In this document: piece after piece, positions 18,832-27,051 of the stretch | Numbering within the stretch: the stretch's first letter is position 1 | Layout: every line of letters begins with the position of its first letter | From: Patescibacteria group bacterium | GTDB taxonomy: Bacteria; Patescibacteriota; Minisyncoccia; Phycocordibacterales; XYD1-FULL-46-19 | Direction: 5' to 3' | DNA: 64,000 bases | NCBI GenBank assembly: GCA_048617235.1 | Contig: JBMCHT010000001.1 | Coordinates: 54,043 to 118,042 of the forward strand | Program-made: the position numbers and the translations under genes | Notes under the pieces: model-generated | What the model was told of the DNA's origin: nothing | Databases searched by the model: none | Seen by the model: only the letters and a program-made list of their open reading frames with translations

Positions 18832-20201
18832 CACTTTACCATTCTATTGATAAAGAAAAAAAACCTTTGGAGAATAAAAAGGGGGTTATAAAAATATATT
18901 CTTGTGGCCCAACTGTTTATGATTCTCCTCATATTGGTAATCTCCGCTCAATGATTTCCACCGATTTATTAAACCGAGCCTTAAATTTTTTAAATTATAA
19001 AACTGAAACCGTTATAAATATAACCGATATCGACGATAAAACCATAAAAGGCAGTCAAGAAAAAAAACAATCCTTAAAAGAATTCACTCAAATTTACACT
19101 GATAAATTCTTCTCAGATTTAGCCAAACTTAATATTAAATTACCTGAACATACACCCAAAGCCACGGATTTTATACCTCAAATGATAGAAATGATAGAAA
19201 CTTTGATCGAAAAAGATTTTGCCTATAAAACAACAGATGGTATTTATTTTTCTATAGATAAATTCCCTGACTATGGTCATTTAATCGGGGTTCAAAAAAA
19301 AGATCAAGATAAAAATATTTCACGCTTAAAAATAGACAATTACGACAAAGAAAAAATAGCAGATTTCGCTCTTTGGAAATTTTATACCCCCAAAGACGGT
19401 CAGGTTAAATGGGAAGCTCCTTTCGGTGCCGGCCGACCGGGTTGGCACATAGAATGTTCAGCCATGGCTATTAATATTCTAGGGCCGACTATAGACATTC
19501 ATACCGGTGGTTCGGATTTAATGTTTCCTCACCACAGCAATGAGATTGCCCAATCGGAAAGTTACACCGGTCAAACTTTTGTTCGCCACTGGCTTCACTT
19601 TGGCATGATAAAAATAAATAATGAAAAAATGTCCAAATCTTTAAATAATTTTTTGGTTTTAGATGACTTACTCAAAGACAATATCCCTCCTTTGGCTTTT
19701 CGTTATTTAACCTTGGGAACTCATTACCGTTCATTATTAAATTTTACCGATCAAGCCATAAAAAATGCCCATCAAGCCTTAAACAATTTAGCTAAAAACC
19801 TTTTTGATCTAAAACAACAGACAAGCACCACGGGCACCGTTAATGAAGAAGCAGCAGAAGCATTTAAACAAACTTTAGAAAATGATCTTAATTTGCCACA
19901 GGCTTTATCTGTTGTTTGGCAAACCTTAAATAATAATTCAATTCAAGCAAGTGATCGTTTAATTACTATTTATTATTTCGATAAAGTTTTGGGTCTTAAT
20001 TTGGAAGCAATTATAAATAAAGCCAATCAACCCCCATCTGAGATAACCAAATTACATCTAGACAGATTAACCGCCCGCCAACAAAAAGACTGGCCTCTGG
20101 CAGATAAACTCAGAGCTGAAATTGAAGAAGCCAATTGGACTATTAGGGATATTTCTTCGAATAACAGCTATTTACTCCCTATAGACTTTTACCAACAGTA
20201 A
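18822..20201 (+). CDS. cysS: Cysteinyl-tRNA synthetase
   Basis: 'IYSCGPTVYDSPHIGNLRS' HIGH region, 'KMSKSLNN' KMSKS. Confidence 0.9.
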   Translation: MALTLYHSIDKEKKPLENKKGVIKIYSCGPTVYDSPHIGNLRSMISTDLLNRALNFLNYKTETVINITDIDDKTIKGSQEKKQSLKEFTQIYTDKFFSDLAKLNIKLPEHTPKATDFIPQMIEMIETLIEKDFAYKTTDGIYFSIDKFPDYGHLIGVQKKDQDKNISRLKIDNYDKEKIADFALWKFYTPKDGQVKWEAPFGAGRPGWHIECSAMAINILGPTIDIHTGGSDLMFPHHSNEIAQSESYTGQTFVRHWLHFGMIKINNEKMSKSLNNFLVLDDLLKDNIPPLAFRYLTLGTHYRSLLNFTDQAIKNAHQALNNLAKNLFDLKQQTSTTGTVNEEAAEAFKQTLENDLNLPQALSVVWQTLNNNSIQASDRLITIYYFDKVLGLNLEAIINKANQPPSEITKLHLDRLTARQQKDWPLADKLRAEIEEANWTIRDISSNNSYLLPIDFYQQ

Positions 20202-20277
20202 AATATCCACAAATTAACCACCAAATTATCTATTTTAAAAGAATTTTACTTCTGTTTTTTTATGCTAGAATAAACTC

Positions 20278-21636
20278 ATGAATAAGACAGAAAACCTGAT
20301 TAAAAAAAAATTTAAGACCCCACCTCAAGATTTAGAAGCCGAAAAAGCTCTTTTAGGAGCTATTATGCTTAAACCGGCCACCTTAAATGATATCTTAGAT
20401 GTCATTGAACCGGATTATTTTTATGCCGGCAAACACCGTCACATATATGAAACCATCGCTTCTTTATTTGATAAAGGAGAACCGGTTGACGCTGTTTCTT
20501 TATCTGCTTCTTTAAAAGATAAGGGTTTATTGGAATCCATTGGCGGAGCCTCTTATTTGGCTCAATTAACAGGCGGAGTCCCCTCAACCGCCAATTTAAA
20601 GTATTATGCCGAAATAGTCAGAAAAAAATCCGCTTTAAGAAAATTAATAGAATCGGCCGAAAAAATATCTGACTTGGCTTTTGATGAAAAAGAAGAAATA
20701 GACACCGTTTTTGATAAAGCTGAACAATTAATATTCAATCTTAATAATTTTTCCAAACAAACCTATATTAACCTCAAAGATACTTTAACCGATGCTTGGG
20801 AAAGATTTGATCGCCTACACAAATCTGACGAAACCCTTAGAGGGGTTTCTTCCGGTTTCCAAGATTTAGACAATCTTTTAGCCGGTTTTCAAAAATCAGA
20901 TTTAATAATCTTAGCAGCCAGACCCTCAATGGGTAAAACCGCTTTCGCTTTAGATATAGCCCGTCAAGCAGCCGGTCAACATCAAGTACCGGTTGGACTT
21001 TTTTCTTTGGAAATGAGTAAAGAACAATTAGTTGACCGAATTATTGCCGCCGAATCTAGAGTTAATTCTTGGAAATTAAGAACCGGCAATATTTCCGATG
21101 AAGACGACTTTGCCAAAATTAGAGATGCTTTGGATGTTTTATCTAAATCCCCTATTTTTATTAACGATGAACCCGGTAATAACATAACCAAAATTAAAGC
21201 CATTTCCAGAAGATTAAAATCTGAACATAAACTTGGTTTAATTATTGTAGACTATCTTCAATTGATGATCCCTCGTCGCGAAACAGATTCTATGGTTCAA
21301 CAGGTAACTGAAATCTCTCGCTCTCTTAAAGGCCTGGCTCGAGAATTGGATGTACCGGTTTTAGCTCTATCACAATTGTCTCGAGCGGTTGAAAGCCGTG
21401 GCGGTAAACCCCGCCTATCTGATCTTAGAGACTCCGGCTCCATTGAACAAGATGCCGATGTAGTTATGTTTATTCACCGAGAAGATAAATACAATGAAAA
21501 CTCCGAACAAAAAAATATAGCCGAGATTCTGGTAGAAAAACATCGTAATGGCCCTACCGGTAAAATTGATCTTTATTTTGATGAAAAACGAGCTAGCTTT
21601 TTAAGTGTAGAAAAAAACGATTTCGGTTCTTTTTAA
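20278..21636 (+). CDS. dnaB: Replicative DNA helicase
   Basis: 'PPQDLEAEKALLGAIM' N-terminus. Walker A 'ARPSMGKTAFAL'. RecA-like C-domain. Confidence 0.9.
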   Translation: MNKTENLIKKKFKTPPQDLEAEKALLGAIMLKPATLNDILDVIEPDYFYAGKHRHIYETIASLFDKGEPVDAVSLSASLKDKGLLESIGGASYLAQLTGGVPSTANLKYYAEIVRKKSALRKLIESAEKISDLAFDEKEEIDTVFDKAEQLIFNLNNFSKQTYINLKDTLTDAWERFDRLHKSDETLRGVSSGFQDLDNLLAGFQKSDLIILAARPSMGKTAFALDIARQAAGQHQVPVGLFSLEMSKEQLVDRIIAAESRVNSWKLRTGNISDEDDFAKIRDALDVLSKSPIFINDEPGNNITKIKAISRRLKSEHKLGLIIVDYLQLMIPRRETDSMVQQVTEISRSLKGLARELDVPVLALSQLSRAVESRGGKPRLSDLRDSGSIEQDADVVMFIHREDKYNENSEQKNIAEILVEKHRNGPTGKIDLYFDEKRASFLSVEKNDFGSF

Positions 21637-21641
21637 ATATT

Positions 21642-22274
21642 ATGATTCCAGATCCCATCAACAAACTAACAGAACTTTTCAGTAATTGGCCGGGTATTGG
21701 TCCTCGTCAAGCTAAAAGATTTGTCATTCATCTACTCAGAAAACCACAAACGGAAATCTCCGAATTAACCACTTTAATATCCGAATTAAAAAAACAATCT
21801 GAGCAATGTCTGGCTTGTCGACGGTGGTTTATTAAAAATGAAAGTGAAAACAAAACTTGTTCTATTTGCTTAGATAATAATCGCAATCAAAAGATATTAA
21901 TGATTGTAGAAAAAGATCAAGATATAGATAATATTTTACAAGCAGATATTTACAATGGTCTATTTTTTGTTTTGGGAGGATTATTACCGGTAGCCAATCA
22001 ACGTAAAAATAATTTTGTTACCAACCGTCTTCAGGAACTGAAATTAAAACTCAACCAAAACCCGGTCACTGAAATTATTATTGCCCTAAGTTTAAATCCG
22101 GACAGTGAACATACCGCCCGAGCCATAAAAGACATAATAGCTAATTTACCTTCAAACAAAAAACCGACCCTCTCTTTTCCGGGTCGGGGTTTATCTACCG
22201 GTTTAGAATTAGAATATTCTGATCCGGAGACTTTGCGTTATGCTATTTCAAGAAGAGAACCGGACAAAAATTAA
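21642..22274 (+). CDS. recR: Recombination protein RecR
   Basis: '[18 protein letters not shown]' HhH. C4 zinc finger 'CLACRRW...CSIC'. Toprim. Confidence 0.9.
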   Translation: MIPDPINKLTELFSNWPGIGPRQAKRFVIHLLRKPQTEISELTTLISELKKQSEQCLACRRWFIKNESENKTCSICLDNNRNQKILMIVEKDQDIDNILQADIYNGLFFVLGGLLPVANQRKNNFVTNRLQELKLKLNQNPVTEIIIALSLNPDSEHTARAIKDIIANLPSNKKPTLSFPGRGLSTGLELEYSDPETLRYAISRREPDKN

Positions 22275-22582
22275 ACTTTAATAGATTCTATCAGCACCTT
22301 ACTATAAGGTTGTCGATGACCGTATTTACGACGATAACGACTTTTACTTTTAAACTTAATTACTGTAATTTTTTTGTTTTTTCCATGTTCTGCCACCCGA
22401 GCGGTTACCTGAGCTCCGGAAATATGCGGTTGGCCTATTTTCACCTCTTTACCATCATTAACCAAAAAAACTCGGTCAAAAACCACCTTTTCTCCTTCAC
22501 CGGCCACCAAAGATTCCAGTTTTAACTCATCACCTTCGGCCACCTTATATTGTTTTCCACCTGTTTCTATAATTGCATACAT
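22271..22582 (-). CDS. rplU: 50S ribosomal protein L21
   Basis: '[23 protein letters not shown]' canonical L21 start. Confidence 0.9.
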   Translation of the reverse strand: MYAIIETGGKQYKVAEGDELKLESLVAGEGEKVVFDRVFLVNDGKEVKIGQPHISGAQVTARVAEHGKNKKITVIKFKSKSRYRRKYGHRQPYSKVLIESIKV

Positions 22583-22623
22583 ACGGGACTATTTTTGCAT
22601 ATTCTAAAGATAAAATCAAGTTT

Positions 22624-23682
22624 TTAATCCTCCACCTGCGGTTTATCTAATTTCTGCGGTTCTATCCCAATCGCCTCTTCACTAATTTTCATTACATCTT
22701 TATCTACCTTTTTAAGCTCCTTATAGGCCGTATTATAGTGATTAACCGTGGTTCCTAAAGAACTACCCAATTTAGCCATAAATTGATCATAAGCGGCCAA
22801 ATGGCGCCCCAAATCCCCCACCCTTTGTCTGATCTCCTTGGCTCCCTCTTCTATCTTAAAAGCTCTAAAACCGTACAAAACGGACTGTAAATAGGCAGCA
22901 AAAGTGGTAGGAGAGACTATAATCACATTTTTATCTTTATAGGCATAATCTAATAAACTTCGAGTATTAGATTTAATAGCCCCCACTTCATTAACCATTA
23001 AATCGTAATAAATACCTTCGGCCGGAATAAACATAAAAGCAAAAGGTAAAGTCCCCTCTTCCGGTTTAATATATTTAGAGGTTTCATCTATTCTTTTCTT
23101 TAAATCATTTTTAAAGTCTTTATCCAAACTCTCACGCCGAGTTGGATCATCTTCATTAACTACCCGATTATAATTATCTAAAGAAAACTTAGCATCAATC
23201 GGAATTATCCCTTCTTTGGTAAAAATAGCCGCATCCACTGTCTCCCCATCTTTAAAATTATATTGCATCCTGTATTGAGTGGGAGCCAAAACATTACCAA
23301 GAATTAATTCCAAACCAGCCTCACCTAAATTACCTCTCTGTTTTTGATGCTTTAAAACTTTTTCCAAATTCTGTAAAGCCTCGGCTACTGTAAAAACTTG
23401 ACGACTGGATTCTTCTACTTTGGCCACTTTTTCAGTAATATCTGTAATTAACTTTTGAGATTGACCGAATTGTTGACGAATAACATCTTGAACATCTTTA
23501 CTTTGATTACCCAATTTATCGTCAACGGTTTTAACTAAATTATCCAGTTGATTCTGTAATAACAAAAAAGACTCATTATTATCTTCAGCCGAGGTTTGTT
23601 TTTTAGATATAACCAACCAAACAACTCCGGCTAAACCGGCACCTAAAACCAAACCTAATATTATATAAATTAAAATTTCCAT
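22624..23682 (-). CDS. rmuC: DNA recombination protein RmuC
   Basis: N-terminal TM, long coiled coil. C-terminal 'FAFMFIPAEGIYYDLM' RmuC nuclease-like core. Confidence 0.75.
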   Translation of the reverse strand: MEILIYIILGLVLGAGLAGVVWLVISKKQTSAEDNNESFLLLQNQLDNLVKTVDDKLGNQSKDVQDVIRQQFGQSQKLITDITEKVAKVEESSRQVFTVAEALQNLEKVLKHQKQRGNLGEAGLELILGNVLAPTQYRMQYNFKDGETVDAAIFTKEGIIPIDAKFSLDNYNRVVNEDDPTRRESLDKDFKNDLKKRIDETSKYIKPEEGTLPFAFMFIPAEGIYYDLMVNEVGAIKSNTRSLLDYAYKDKNVIIVSPTTFAAYLQSVLYGFRAFKIEEGAKEIRQRVGDLGRHLAAYDQFMAKLGSSLGTTVNHYNTAYKELKKVDKDVMKISEEAIGIEPQKLDKPQVED

Positions 23683-23744
23683 ATTGTTATAATAACAACA
23701 AACCCCCGATTTTCCAACCGGAGGTTTGTAAATTATTGATATGT

Positions 23745-24284
23745 TTAATCAATAAATTCAAAAGTGGATATAGCTTGATCCCTATCGCTTTTAATCTGAA
23801 TATTTTCTACCTCAGGAGTATAATTATAAGATAATGTAATATATTTGGATCCTATTTTAGTAATAAAATCCGGTTTTCCATCTTGATAAAGTGGGGATTT
23901 TTTAACATCATCTAAATTATCCCAAACTTCTATAGCTGTTCTATAAGCTTGAGCTCCTGAAGGAGAATCTTCTATAAAAAGCACTACAGAGTTTGGCCAA
24001 CCATATTGATCATAAACTTCTTTATAATTAGGAGGGTATTTGATTTCAAAATCATACTCCTCATTTGTATATTCTTTCCAATCTGACAAGATTTCATCTT
24101 CCTCCACTATCATCTCTTCCTGATCTGTTTCTACTTCTTCTAAAGGTTCCTCATTAGCTTTTGGCCAAAAAAACAAACCAATCATCAAAGCTAATAAAAT
24201 AAACAAAACACCAATAACCATCAATAAGATTGATTTATTTTTATTTTTTAAATTAGCACCTTTTTCTGAATTTAATTGATCCAT
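23745..24284 (-). CDS. Hypothetical membrane-anchored/secreted protein
   Basis: N-terminal TM 'ILLMVIGVLFILLALMIGLFFW', acidic ectodomain. No known domain. Confidence 0.4.
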   Translation of the reverse strand: MDQLNSEKGANLKNKNKSILLMVIGVLFILLALMIGLFFWPKANEEPLEEVETDQEEMIVEEDEILSDWKEYTNEEYDFEIKYPPNYKEVYDQYGWPNSVVLFIEDSPSGAQAYRTAIEVWDNLDDVKKSPLYQDGKPDFITKIGSKYITLSYNYTPEVENIQIKSDRDQAISTFEFID

Positions 24285-24432
24285 AATATTGAATTAAAGT
24301 TTTAATAATAATTTAAATTATAACATTTTTAATTTATATTCCTATGTTTTGAATAGAAAATATAAAAATAACACCCCGAGAAAGTTTCGTCTCCCGAGGT
24401 GCTCATCCTCTCCCCCACACCCCTCATATCTC

Positions 24433-24597
24433 TTAATTTTTGTTAAGAGACATAAGGGTACACGTTAATGAAACTCCCGCCATCACCCCCGCCCGCCAGA
24501 AATTGGGCGAGTCTAGGGCAGTGGCATCGAATATGGCTAGCATCAAGCTGATGCCAGCCATAAACGCCCAGCCGGTTTTTGTGAATTTAATACCCAT
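24433..24597 (-). CDS. Small (54 aa) hydrophobic protein encoded in a GC-rich islet. Alternatively a structured RNA.
   Basis: Strong RBS 'GGAATGGAGGAAAAG' 5 nt before ATG (24597). Product MGIKFTKTGWAFMAGISLMLAIFDATALDSPNFWRAGVMAGVSLTCTLMSLNKN. Two downstream hairpins, the second (CACCTCGGGA...TCTCGGGGTG plus TTATTTTT, ~24380-24420) an intrinsic terminator. Confidence 0.4.
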   Translation of the reverse strand: MGIKFTKTGWAFMAGISLMLAIFDATALDSPNFWRAGVMAGVSLTCTLMSLNKN

Positions 24598-24711
24598 CTT
24601 TTCCTCCATTCCTCTGTCTTATAGAGGGGTTAAAGTTTCAAAATCTACCGATAACTATAGCATATATTATTAAAAAAGTAAAGGTATTTTTAAATCAATT
24701 TTATTAAAAAA

Positions 24712-25121
24712 CTAATTTAATTTAGAAACATCACCGTTTAACAAAACAGGATTAAACCCAATTATTTCATCATGCAAAGTTCCTTGTGGAATATCATTAT
24801 ATAAATATATCTTTTTATTAAAACGAAACGCGTCATACATTTCAAGGAATGTTGCTCCGCCAATATAATTTTCAATATTTTCTTTTTAAAATTTAACACA
24901 AGTACAGCATCATTATTTTGTATTATATTTGTACTGTGTTTAATCATTTCACCTTTCCACTTTGCATGACTTTCCATACCTAAATCTCTATATTGATCTT
25001 CCGTCTCGGGATTATCGTAGCAATTAGGCATCGTACACTTATGTCCTAAAGACTTCAACTTTGTTTCAATTTCGGGAATATAATTATAAAACTTTTTACT
25101 GCAAATAATTAATATTTTCAT
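24712..25121 (-). pseudogene. Nucleoside 2-deoxyribosyltransferase-like gene disrupted by a frameshift in an A/T homopolymer run (~24885-24895)
   Basis: N-part 'MKILIICSKKFYNY...NNDAVLVLNFKK'. It continues in the -1/+1 frame as 'NIENYIGGATFLEMYDAFRFNKKIYLYNDIPQ...' with the NDT-like 'GxATxxEhG' motif. The ORF-track C-terminus is low-complexity junk. Confidence 0.5.
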
Positions 25122-25188
25122 ATGGATATTGTATCATATATTTTACAAAGTATTTAAAGTAAGCAGTATTGAAATTATATTTTTTATC

Positions 25189-25515
25189 TTAACTTCTTTT
25201 TTCCTCATCTGTTAAATTCTCCCTTAAAGAATCAATTCTTTGTTCTATTAAATCAAAAGTATTATCTGATCCACCATACATAAAATCTTCTACCGGATCT
25301 GACATCGCCAGAGCCAAATCATAAAGCATATTCAGTAATTGATTATTACTTAATCCTAGATTATCTTGTTCATTTTTAGATTTAGCTGAATAAAAAGCGT
25401 TATAAATTGAAGCGGAATTGACACCCTTTTTAAGGTTTTTCTCCATAATTTTAAGAACAATTTTTTCATTGTCTTCTGGAGTTCTCTTTTTTTCAAAGTT
25501 AAAAAATTTCATCAT
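25189..25515 (-). CDS. Hypothetical protein, possibly leaderless mRNA
   Basis: Extended -10 'TGGTATAAT' ends 6 nt before the ATG. No SD. No known domain. Confidence 0.4.
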   Translation of the reverse strand: MMKFFNFEKKRTPEDNEKIVLKIMEKNLKKGVNSASIYNAFYSAKSKNEQDNLGLSNNQLLNMLYDLALAMSDPVEDFMYGGSDNTFDLIEQRIDSLRENLTDEEKRS

Positions 25516-25745
25516 GTATTTATTATACCAAAAATTAAAAACTTTTTCTTGCTAAAAAAACATACTTCCGGCTTCACAAAGTGACCGCAGGCAAAGCAGT
25601 TTGCCTGCTTTACTTACTTGGTGATGAAATCATGTCCTTTGCTCTAACTTATTTCAAATCGCGAAGTGTACTTCCCCCATTTCATTAGACATCAACCTTC
25701 CTCTATTCTTTTGTAGAAAAATTAAACATATCTCTTTCCCATTCT

Positions 25746-26237
25746 TTATTTGTTTGTGTTTAAGAAAGGCAGGAAAACTTTTATCTCTTTCTTGTACAAA
25801 CTCCAAAATATAAAAATAATAACTATAGCGCCGATCAATGGACCAAAAATAGAAATTAAATTACCAGAATAGCCAAATTCAACTATACCCAACAAAATTG
25901 GGTATATTACCAAAAAGTAAAAAGTAAATAATAGGGCTCTTTTATTCAGTTTTAGAAAGTAGAAGATTGCAATCCCAGAAAGTATCATGAGTATAAAACT
26001 TGTGAGCGAATCAAAAGGAATAATTGTTGACATAACCTTAGATATTTCATCCGTAGTCATTATTGAGTACATATTAATATCCCCAATTACCCATTTTAGG
26101 TTGGTCCAAAATACAAAAACAAAAATTGCAAAGAAAAAATAACCTGCAATTCCAAAAGCCTGCTTGAAACGCACAAAATAGGAAAGCTCGGCAGAGTTTC
26201 CAGATTGTGATGAATTTTTTACTGTGTCATCAATCAT
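25746..26237 (-). CDS. Hypothetical 4-TM membrane protein
   Basis: Hydrophobic helices throughout. Immediately downstream of the XRE-like pseudogene. Confidence 0.4.
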   Translation of the reverse strand: MIDDTVKNSSQSGNSAELSYFVRFKQAFGIAGYFFFAIFVFVFWTNLKWVIGDINMYSIMTTDEISKVMSTIIPFDSLTSFILMILSGIAIFYFLKLNKRALLFTFYFLVIYPILLGIVEFGYSGNLISIFGPLIGAIVIIFIFWSLYKKEIKVFLPFLNTNK

Positions 26238-26241
26238 ATTT

Positions 26242-26470
26242 TATTTAAAAAAGTAATTCACGTCCTTCTCGTACATCTTTGCAAACTTCTGTAACTCGAC
26301 AACATCGACACGCTGTTGTCCTGATTCCACGTTCGAGATATACGACTGTGGACGCTTTAGTTTCTTAGCGACCTAAACTTGCGTCAATCCTGCCTCTTGT
26401 CGAGCTTTTCGCAGTTTTTCAACGAAATAGGCATATTCCTTTCTATGGATTGACTTCTTTATATACTACT
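26242..26470 (-). pseudogene. XRE-family HTH transcriptional regulator with in-frame TAG and no canonical start
   Basis: Minus-strand translation '[65 protein letters not shown]'. Typical Cro/C1 HTH interrupted by TAG. ~45% GC. Confidence 0.5.
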
Positions 26471-26642
26471 ATTTTCTATCGGCAAAGACAATATCCAAAT
26501 TTCCGATATTCTGTCCTCACTGCGAAGGAAATTTCTGAATGTGACCCTTCTCGTGCTGCGACCGTAGTCGGTTAAGGTTTGTAATGTTATTTTCAATAAA
26601 ATCTAGGAATTGGTTTAAGCCTTCTCGAGCAAAACAAATTAT

Positions 26643-26885
26643 TTATTCTTCAATAAGACTAAATCTGTCTACAATCTCACCACCAATTTCTTTTGTACCA
26701 CAAAAATCACTCTTTGCCCTGACCCATATTTGATTGTTTCCAAATTCTGGTGAATCGTATTGAGCTTGATAAACAATAACTTCTTCTGTTGTTTCAGAAT
26801 CACGAGCTATTTCTAAAATAATATATTCTTTACCTTTAAAATGTTTATATCTTTGTCCTTTTTTAATTTCTTTCATAAAATTCAT
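26643..26885 (-). CDS. DUF1653 family protein
   Basis: 'YKHFKGKEYIILEIARDSETTEEVIVYQAQY...QIWVR' matches the DUF1653 pattern. Confidence 0.65.
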   Translation of the reverse strand: MNFMKEIKKGQRYKHFKGKEYIILEIARDSETTEEVIVYQAQYDSPEFGNNQIWVRAKSDFCGTKEIGGEIVDRFSLIEE

Positions 26886-26927
26886 TATATCAAATATACC
26901 TTCTCGAGTGCTCGAACAGCGCTCTAA

Positions 26928-27002
26928 TTGGTGACCCTACGGGGAATTGAACCCCGGTTTCCACCGTGAGAGGGTGGCGTCCTAGCCGCTAGACGATAGG
27001 GC
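26928..27002 (-). tRNA. tRNA-Glu (anticodon CUC), CCA encoded
   Basis: Cloverleaf: acceptor GGCCCTA/TAGGGTC, D-arm GTCT-AGCGGCTA-GGAC, anticodon stem CCACC/GGTGG with loop CTCTCAC, T-arm CGGGG-TTCAATT-CCCCG, then ACCA. Confidence 0.85.
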
Positions 27003-27051
27003 CATATATTCTGGCCAAAATAATAACACAAGAGTTTAAAAATATAAAGAT

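Noticed and set aside
24285-24400. Direct repeat of the tRNA-Glu 3' end marking the far boundary (att site) of the accessory islet
   Set aside because: No convincing match. Only a weak GTGACC-containing similarity at 25560-25580, which is inside the islet rather than at its edge.
24440-24673. Plus-strand 77-aa ORF in the GC-rich islet
   Set aside because: Antisense shadow of the minus-strand small ORF, which has the RBS and terminator. GC-rich sequence is depleted in stops.
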